Shown here: positions 57,695-64,000 of the stretch, one piece after another
Position numbering within the stretch: position 1 is the stretch's first letter
How the letters are laid out: each line of letters starts with the position of its first letter
Assembly: GCA_050247975.1 (NCBI GenBank)
Contig: JBFWTE010000021.1
Coordinates: forward strand, 272 to 64,271
Reading direction: 5' to 3'
Source: Bacteriovoracaceae bacterium
Lineage (GTDB): Bacteria; Bdellovibrionota; Bacteriovoracia; Bacteriovoracales; Bacteriovoracaceae
DNA: 64,000 nucleotides
The notes under the pieces: model-generated
The model's input: the letters and a program-made list of their open reading frames with translations, nothing else
Database searches by the model: none
Told to the model about the DNA's origin: nothing
Translations under genes and position numbers: made by a program

Positions 57695-59017
57695 TTAGCT
57701 CAATTTTTCTTGAATTAATTTAGGAGATCTCACTTTAGTTTTAGAAAAAGTCACAACTTCTTTTAAAAAAGTGTTTTTAATATTTTCAACGATCTCATTT
57801 TGATAAGGGTGATGGTAGACCGTCATAATGGCCTCACCTTTCTTGACCTGATCGCCAATTTTTTTATGAAAAATAAAACCAACTCCATGATCAATCACAT
57901 CGGTTTTAAATTTTCGACCTCCACCAAGCTCAATTAAGAGAAGTCCTATTTTATCATTTTGAAACATTTTAATGTATCCAGACTTCGGAGCAAGAATTTG
58001 TGTCGTCACTTGGGCCTGAGGAAGAAGTGAATAATCATCGATGACTTTATCATCACCACCTTGGGATTGAATGAGTTTTCTAAATTCTTCGAGGGCCTTT
58101 CCACTTGAGACCATGAGTTCAGCTTTTTTAAGGGCCTTATCATAAGTTTTTTCGACACCTGCTAAATGAATCATGTGTGCCGAGAGTGCCAACGATAGAT
58201 CAGTTAAATCTTTTGGCCCGTGACCCTTGAGAGTTTCAATTGATTCAATAATTTCGTGAGTGTGGCCAACTGCATTTCCAAGAGGTTGATCCATGTCGGT
58301 AATGAGAGCAACGGCCTTCTTTTTAAATCTTTTGGCCGTTTGAATTAGACTTTTTCCCAGTGCTCGAGCGTCTTTTTTCTCTCTCATAAAGGCACCGGTA
58401 CCAGTTTTGATATCAAAAACTATTCCGTTAGCCCCTTCGGCCAATTTTTTACTCATGATTGAAGCGGTAATAAGAGGAATAGAATCAATAGTCGCTGTGA
58501 CATCTCTAAGAGCATAAATTAAACGGTCTGCAGGGGCGATCTCAGGTGTTTGTCCAATAAGTACTAATCCATCTTTATTTAATTTTTCTTGAAAGACTTT
58601 TAAATCAAGAGAGGTTTTGAATCCTTTAATGGCCTCAATTTTATCGACTGTTCCACCGGTATGGCCCAAGCCTCGGCCAGCGATCATGGGAACTTTCACT
58701 CCGGCCGCAGAAGCAATAGGGGCAAGGACAAAAGAAGCCTTGTCACCAATTCCTCCAGTGGAGTGTTTATCAATGACATTTTTACCAGTGAACTTAAGTT
58801 GTTCTCCTGATTCCAGCATAGCATCGGTTAAGGCCGCTGTTTCAGTTACTTCCATGCCTTTAATAAACATGGCCATTAACATTGCTGACATTTGATAGTC
58901 AGGAATTTTGCCATCAGTATAGTTTTGGATGAACCACTTAATTTCGGCTTCGGTTAATTTTTGTCCCTTCTTTTTTTTGTCAATAAGGGGATAGACTTGA
59001 AAATTTTCTTTACTCAT
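57695..59017 (-). CDS. pdp: Pyrimidine-nucleoside / thymidine phosphorylase
   Basis: DKHSTGGIGDK, GRGLGHTGGTVDK, LYALRD-like LIYALRDVTAT, SIMSKK. Confidence 0.94.
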   Translation of the reverse strand: MSKENFQVYPLIDKKKKGQKLTEAEIKWFIQNYTDGKIPDYQMSAMLMAMFIKGMEVTETAALTDAMLESGEQLKFTGKNVIDKHSTGGIGDKASFVLAPIASAAGVKVPMIAGRGLGHTGGTVDKIEAIKGFKTSLDLKVFQEKLNKDGLVLIGQTPEIAPADRLIYALRDVTATIDSIPLITASIMSKKLAEGANGIVFDIKTGTGAFMREKKDARALGKSLIQTAKRFKKKAVALITDMDQPLGNAVGHTHEIIESIETLKGHGPKDLTDLSLALSAHMIHLAGVEKTYDKALKKAELMVSSGKALEEFRKLIQSQGGDDKVIDDYSLLPQAQVTTQILAPKSGYIKMFQNDKIGLLLIELGGGRKFKTDVIDHGVGFIFHKKIGDQVKKGEAIMTVYHHPYQNEIVENIKNTFLKEVVTFSKTKVRSPKLIQEKLS

Positions 59018-59118
59018 ATAAACTCACTAAAAAGATAACTCGTTTGCCAACTTTAAGATGGGCACTTATCATAGTCTTAAGGCATACCATTGGCAAACTT
59101 TGTCCCCAAGGACTTGAT

Positions 59119-59541
59119 ATGAAAAAGCTTATTTCCATAATACTTTCCCTTCAATTTTTATTGATGATGCCGGTCATGGCGCAAGACGAAGGAGAGTCAG
59201 CTCCTGAAGATGATTTTCTAAAAAATACTCAACAAGATGTGATGATTGTGGCCGGTGCGGCCGTCGCAGGGGGAGTGATTGGTCTTTCAACTCTTTCGTT
59301 TGTGGATAAACCAAGTAAGCACATGTCCAACATTTGGACTGGAGCTGCCGTGGGTATGATTGCAGGTGTTATTTTTGTTGCCTATAACAGCGCACAAAAA
59401 GGCCAGGAGGAGCTGATTGATGAAAGTGCCAGCCTCGATTTTAATAGTTCTGAAAGAGCTGATTGGCACTTTGCGAGCAATTCATATAAAAATTCACAAA
59501 TTAATACTTTCGAAATCCCTTTTTGGCAGAAAAGCTTCTAA
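59119..59541 (+). CDS. Hypothetical secreted/membrane protein with two Gly/Ala-rich helices
   Basis: Signal peptide; VAGAAVAGGVIGL and TGAAVGMIAGV; likely start is the ATG at 59119. Confidence 0.65.
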   Translation: MKKLISIILSLQFLLMMPVMAQDEGESAPEDDFLKNTQQDVMIVAGAAVAGGVIGLSTLSFVDKPSKHMSNIWTGAAVGMIAGVIFVAYNSAQKGQEELIDESASLDFNSSERADWHFASNSYKNSQINTFEIPFWQKSF

Positions 59542-59557
59542 ATTCTTAGACTTTAAC

Positions 59558-59587
59558 TTGCCATCTATTTAATCGTTTGAGTATAAC
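59558..59587 (+). promoter_or_regulatory. Sigma70-type promoter of nupC
   Basis: TTGCCA-N18-TATAAC (same hexamers as the rpsT promoter). Confidence 0.5.
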
Positions 59588-59625
59588 CCCATGAGTTAGA
59601 CTTAAAACATTTATTAGGATGGCTT

Positions 59626-60843
59626 ATGGAAAAACTTATTTCCTTTGTTGGACTTTTCGTTATGGTGGGCGTGGCCTACGCTCTTTCAGAAAATAAAAAA
59701 GCAATTCAATGGAGAACAGTCATCACTGGAATTCTTCTTCAAATCCTTTTTGGTTTAGTTATTTTAAAAACAGGTTTTGGAAGAATGGTTTTTTCATCAA
59801 TCGGAGAAGGCTTTAACGCTATTCTTGGTTACACAGGTGAAGGGGCAAAATTTTTGTTTGGTGGTCTTGCTGCCCCAACAGAAAGTTTAGGATTTATTTT
59901 TGCGACGATGGTTCTTCCAACCATCATCTTCATGAGTGCGCTCATGTCAGTTCTTTATCATATTGGTGTTATGCAAAAAGTAGTGGAAGTCGTGGCGAAA
60001 GTGATGATGAAGGCCATGAGAACTTCAGGGGCCGAATCTCTTGCATCGGCCGCAAATATTTTCGTTGGTCAAACCGAAGCCCCTCTGGTGATTAAGCCTT
60101 ATGTTAATCATATGACAAAGTCAGAACTTATGTGCCTTATGACTGGTGGTATGGCCACTGTTGCTGGTGGTGTTCTTGCTGCCTATGTGGGCTTTGGAAT
60201 TGACGCTGGCCACCTACTTGCAGCTTCTGTGATGAGTGCTCCTGCGGCACTTGTTTGTGCAAAATTAATGGTGCCTGAAACAGAAGAATCTGAAACGGCC
60301 GGTGTAGTAAAAGTTGAGCTTCCAAAGATGGCGACAAATGTGATTGATTCTGCGGCCACAGGTGCTTCAGATGGATTAAAACTTGCTGTTAATGTTGCAG
60401 CGATGCTTTTGGCCTTTATTGCCTTAATTGCGATGTTGAATGGAATTCTTCGCGCTCTTGGTGGTCTTTTTGGTTTTGAAAATCTAACTTTTGAATTGAT
60501 CATGGGCTACATTAATGCGCCTGTGGCCTGGATTATCGGTGTTCCTTGGGAAGATTGCTTAAAAGTAGGCGCGATCCTTGGGAAAAAATTAGTTCTTAAC
60601 GAATTTGTCGGATATCTTGATCTTAAAGCATCAATGGGCTCAATTTCTGAGCGTTCTACAATTTTAACCACCTACGCACTGTGTGGTTTTTCGAATTTTT
60701 CATCTATTGCGATTCAGCTTGGTGGAATTGGAACCATGGCACCAGATAAACGCCCTGTTCTGGCCGCCTACGGTATGAAGGCACTTATCGGTGGAACTCT
60801 GGCCTGCTACATGACAGCATGTATTGCCGGGCTTTTTATTTAA
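59626..60843 (+). CDS. nupC: Concentrative nucleoside transporter (NupC/NupG, CNT family)
   Basis: ANIFVGQTEAP, GGMATVAG, LVLNEFVGY, LCGFSNFSSI. Confidence 0.94.
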   Translation: MEKLISFVGLFVMVGVAYALSENKKAIQWRTVITGILLQILFGLVILKTGFGRMVFSSIGEGFNAILGYTGEGAKFLFGGLAAPTESLGFIFATMVLPTIIFMSALMSVLYHIGVMQKVVEVVAKVMMKAMRTSGAESLASAANIFVGQTEAPLVIKPYVNHMTKSELMCLMTGGMATVAGGVLAAYVGFGIDAGHLLAASVMSAPAALVCAKLMVPETEESETAGVVKVELPKMATNVIDSAATGASDGLKLAVNVAAMLLAFIALIAMLNGILRALGGLFGFENLTFELIMGYINAPVAWIIGVPWEDCLKVGAILGKKLVLNEFVGYLDLKASMGSISERSTILTTYALCGFSNFSSIAIQLGGIGTMAPDKRPVLAAYGMKALIGGTLACYMTACIAGLFI

Positions 60844-60905
60844 GTCTTTTTTCGGTATCCTAGTACTAATTACAGTTTAAAAGTTTTTAGTATTAGGACA
60901 TTCAC

Positions 60906-62483
60906 ATGGCAAAAGAGTTAGTGGTCAACCAGACTCACACGGAGTCGCGTATTGCGCTCATAGAGAATGGTGAGATCTTAGACTTCCTTATTGAGAGACA
61001 TTCTCAAAAAAATGAATCCTCCCCAGTTGTTGGCAATATTTATCTTGGAAGAGTTCTAAGAGTTCTTCCGGGAATGCAGTCAGCATTTGTGGATATTGGC
61101 CAAGAGCGGGCCGCCTTCTTATATGTGGACGATGCTTACATTCCAACATTGGAAGAGCAAAGAGAAATGCAAAATCGAGTTGAATCAACTGAGGCCGGAG
61201 CAAAACGTTTAGGCGAAGTTATTCCTGATGAATTTTCTACTCTAACTGAAACAGTAGATATGAAATTTCGTCCTGATGTAAGGATTCAAGATTTTCTCAA
61301 AGAGGGTGATGAGATTGTGGTTCAAATCGCGAAAGAACCTATTTCAACCAAGGGCCCTCGAGTTACTCGTCATATCACTTTGGCAGGCCGTCACATCGTT
61401 TACATGCCGTTTATTGAGCATACAGGTGTTTCTCGAAGGATTGAATCAGAGGAAGAAAGAAAGCGTTTAAAAGATATTTTAGATTCTGTTCGTCCTGAAG
61501 GTGTCGGTGTTATTGCCCGTACAGTGGCCGAAGGTCAGAGTTATAAAGTACTTAAAAATGACTACAATAATTTAGTGAAGATCTGGAAAGATGTTCAAAA
61601 GAAATTGGAAAAGGCCAAGGCCCCAGTTGAATTACATCAGGATCTTTCATTTATTCAGCGTGCTCTCCGAGACATTATGGATGAGGATGTGGATAACTTG
61701 ATCGCTGATTCAAAAAATGCAGTTAAGCAGATTGAAAAATTCATTCAAAGATTTATTCCTCATCATAAAGCTAAAATTAAATTTTATGATGGTGAAACAC
61801 CTATCTTTGAGCATTATGGAATTGATATCGAAATTGAAAGAGCTCTTTCAAATCAGGTTTTCTTAAAGTCTGGTGGATCAATCAATATTGATCAAACCGA
61901 AGCACTTGTATCGATTGATGTTAATACTGGAAAATTTGTTGGAAAGAAAACTCTCGAAGAGACGATTCTTAAAACAAACCTCGAAGCAGTCAAAGAAATT
62001 TCTTACCAACTTCGAGTGCGAAATTGCGGTGGAATTATCATTATTGATTTTATTGACATGGAAAAAGAAGAGCATAGAGCGCAAGTCTATGCGGCCCTTC
62101 TCGAAGCACTGAAAAAAGATCGCTCTAAAACTAACGTACTTCCAATTTCGGGCCTTGGTCTGGTTGAAATGACGAGAAAGCGAACGAGAGATACTTTAAT
62201 TCGCACGATGTGTGAGCCGTGCCCTTATTGTGAAGGTGTCGGAAGAATTAAATCAGTTGTAACAGTGAGTTTTGAGATTATTCGTGAACTTCAAAAAGTG
62301 ATGAAGCGATCAAATGCTTCGAAAATTACACTTTTTGCTCATCCTGAGGTTTGTGCCAAATTATCTTCAGAGGATTTTGGAATTATTGAGGTATTGGAAG
62401 AGACATTCAATAAGACCTTACTGGTTCGTGCAGACAACAACTATCACGCTGAGCAGTACGAGATTTACGCGCCGGAGAATTGA
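60906..62483 (+). CDS. rng: Ribonuclease G (Rne/Rng family)
   Basis: GNIYLGRV..VLPGMQSAFVDIG, TKGPRVT, IDVNTG, RNCGGIIIIDFIDM, CPYCEG; no RNase E-type C-terminal scaffold. Confidence 0.92.
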   Translation: MAKELVVNQTHTESRIALIENGEILDFLIERHSQKNESSPVVGNIYLGRVLRVLPGMQSAFVDIGQERAAFLYVDDAYIPTLEEQREMQNRVESTEAGAKRLGEVIPDEFSTLTETVDMKFRPDVRIQDFLKEGDEIVVQIAKEPISTKGPRVTRHITLAGRHIVYMPFIEHTGVSRRIESEEERKRLKDILDSVRPEGVGVIARTVAEGQSYKVLKNDYNNLVKIWKDVQKKLEKAKAPVELHQDLSFIQRALRDIMDEDVDNLIADSKNAVKQIEKFIQRFIPHHKAKIKFYDGETPIFEHYGIDIEIERALSNQVFLKSGGSINIDQTEALVSIDVNTGKFVGKKTLEETILKTNLEAVKEISYQLRVRNCGGIIIIDFIDMEKEEHRAQVYAALLEALKKDRSKTNVLPISGLGLVEMTRKRTRDTLIRTMCEPCPYCEGVGRIKSVVTVSFEIIRELQKVMKRSNASKITLFAHPEVCAKLSSEDFGIIEVLEETFNKTLLVRADNNYHAEQYEIYAPEN

Positions 62484-62529
62484 ATTATTGGCCCTCTTTT
62501 TATATAGATGCTTAAAAAAGAGAGGGCCA

Positions 62530-63084
62530 ATGAAAGCATTGTTTACACTATCCTTAGTTCTATTTAGTTTTTTTGCCCACTCTGCTGATGTTATTATCGT
62601 TGCTCCCGTTAAATTCAATATAGCCACAGAAGATGCTTTTAATAAGTTAGAGGAATCTATTCATCGTCCTCAAGGAATTCTAGAGAAGTTTATTCCTTAT
62701 GGAGTGAGTTATCGAAATAAAGTAGTTAAAGATAATTATTTTGAAATGGTTGCGACCAAGAGAGTTCTTCTCTTTACAAGAACCATTGATCTTCGTGGGC
62801 TCTTTAATGTTAAAGAAGTAAGCAGTGATGCTGAAAAGCATTGTTATGATGTGAATGTTGATTTTGCTCAATCAAGTCCACTTCTAAGTGATAACTTTAA
62901 TTTATTAGAGATTAATTTTTGTGCAGTCGAAAAAAGTAACAGTGACTTAGAAATTACTGTCTCTCCTAAAATTTACAAGGGGAACAACTATGATGTTGTT
63001 CTTGGCCCCGTTGTAAAAAATATTTTATTAGATCAAATTGCACCAATTATTGAAGCTGTAAAAGAAGATGTTGAAACAAAATAA
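62530..63084 (+). CDS. Secreted hypothetical protein
   Basis: MKALFTLSLVLFSFFAHS signal peptide. The track start 62314 overlaps rng and is unlikely. Confidence 0.7.
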   Translation: MKALFTLSLVLFSFFAHSADVIIVAPVKFNIATEDAFNKLEESIHRPQGILEKFIPYGVSYRNKVVKDNYFEMVATKRVLLFTRTIDLRGLFNVKEVSSDAEKHCYDVNVDFAQSSPLLSDNFNLLEINFCAVEKSNSDLEITVSPKIYKGNNYDVVLGPVVKNILLDQIAPIIEAVKEDVETK

Positions 63085-63106
63085 CGGGAGGGTCCGTTAT
63101 TTTGTT
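63075..63106. terminator. Bidirectional terminator hairpin containing both stop codons
   Basis: 13-bp stem AACAAAATAACGG-GAGGGT-CCGTTATTTTGTT. Confidence 0.8.
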
Positions 63107-64000
63107 AGTTCTTTGATTTCTGTTTTAATCTTTTCAAGTAGCTGATCTTTGTCTTCAGCTTTCTCTACAAAATCAAGATTTGAAAAAGCAGATGCCAGAG
63201 TTTTCTCTAGGCCCTTTTCAACTCCGATTAATTTTAAAAAACGCTTGGCCTTCAATGCACCATCAAGATATTTTTCTGTCCAAATGCGAGTAGAATGATT
63301 CGATCCATCTACCACTTCTGGTAAATCAATTTCGCCCAATTTACCTTTGGTGATAATAAAGATAAGGGCCTTGGCCTTTTGCTTGATACTCATTTCTTTT
63401 TTATCTGTGAGATTCTTTAAGGCAAGAGCTGAAAGGATATCCACGCGTGCCTTAACCAGTTCAATCATGATTTCGCGATACATTCCATTAGTGAGTACCT
63501 CTTCGTAAGGTTTAAGGGCCTCTGAGTTCGTATGATCTTTTAGCAAGGCCCCTTTTACAAGATCATAAAATGAAGTTGTTGGAATATTTAACTTCCGGGC
63601 CAGATCTTCTTGATAAGGATGATTAAGATGCATTGAACCGGCCAGAGCATAAAATGACGTTTCCATTGCATGCTTTCTACCAGAATTAGTCGGCGACATC
63701 TTTTCAAGATTGACCTGCTCATACATATCGACCATTCTGCGAGTAAATTCATTGGCGGCATCGAGGTAAAGTTCATAAAGAAAATCTTTGTTGTCAGCTC
63801 CTGTTCCTGTCCAAAGTTGAAACTCAAAACCTTTAAAATAAATCGCAGCTGCTGCGAATTTTGCTCCCGCATCGACCTCATCATCGTTTAGGATCGCAAA
63901 TTTTCTATTTCGGGTTTCTTCAGATTCTTTGTTCCGAATCTGCTGATACATAGTCGTGGTGACATCCTTCATATCTTGAGTCGTTTGCGAAACGGCACTG
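63097..64000 (-). CDS. Hypothetical helical protein (5'-truncated by window edge)
   Basis: Frame stays open from 63972 to the window end; no motif recognised. Confidence 0.7.
   Translation of the reverse strand, partial: SAVSQTTQDMKDVTTTMYQQIRNKESEETRNRKFAILNDDEVDAGAKFAAAAIYFKGFEFQLWTGTGADNKDFLYELYLDAANEFTRRMVDMYEQVNLEKMSPTNSGRKHAMETSFYALAGSMHLNHPYQEDLARKLNIPTTSFYDLVKGALLKDHTNSEALKPYEEVLTNGMYREIMIELVKARVDILSALALKNLTDKKEMSIKQKAKALIFIITKGKLGEIDLPEVVDGSNHSTRIWTEKYLDGALKAKRFLKLIGVEKGLEKTLASAFSNLDFVEKAEDKDQLLEKIKTEIKELTK

Noticed and set aside
31318-59105. TGGCA hexamers at 31318 and 59091 as sigma54 promoters
   Set aside because: No GC at the -12 position (GG-N10-GC spacing fails).
62314-62529. 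N-terminal extension of the 62314 ORF
   Set aside because: Overlaps rng out of frame; the signal peptide begins at the ATG at 62530.
3823-63891. Many short ORFs nested in or antisense to long genes (e.g. 3823-4062, 9078-9548, 22760-22972, 29253-29579, 58617-58895, 60183-60503)
   Set aside because: They overlap well-supported genes, and I saw no recognisable motifs in them.
1-64000. tRNA, rRNA, riboswitch, CRISPR, IS or prophage elements
   Set aside because: Intergenic gaps are all under about 170 nt; I saw no cloverleaf, T-loop, repeat-spacer array, transposase or integrase. A covariance-model scan was not run.

Overview
AT-rich (roughly 36-38% GC by eye), densely coding chromosomal window. 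It is probably from a predatory Bdellovibrionota (Bacteriovoracaceae-like) bacterium; this is inferred from a DgcB-type FHA-GGDEF cyclase, a CglB-like vWA lipoprotein, FliA-type promoters and many secreted hydrolases. I found no tRNA, rRNA, CRISPR array, IS or prophage. Recognisable content: acs, lemA-TPM-TPM, rpsT, hbd-crt-bcd plus thiolase, a Hanks kinase, PSRP, cytochrome c peroxidase, mutL-miaA, pgi with two acyl-CoA dehydrogenases, rlmN, a PLD-family nuclease, sppA-lapB-(3 unknowns)-tolQRAB, an HD phosphohydrolase, ftsEX-envC-ctpA-xseA-M23-pseudokinase, a nucleoside salvage cluster (pdp-punA-cdd / nupC) and RNase G. Main leads: (1) a candidate sigma28-controlled signalling/adhesion set (Ser/Thr kinase, FHA-GGDEF, GYF-GYF-PilZ, vWA lipoprotein); (2) strong window-wide enrichment of GGCC alongside a MutL that lacks its endonuclease motif; (3) a histone H1-like/Zn-finger protein behind a CIRCE-like operator; (4) many apparent pseudo-enzymes (M48-like, GH35-like, GIY-YIG-like, a histidine kinase without ATP boxes, a bEBP without GAFTGA). 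Family calls come from motif recognition by eye; no database search was run.
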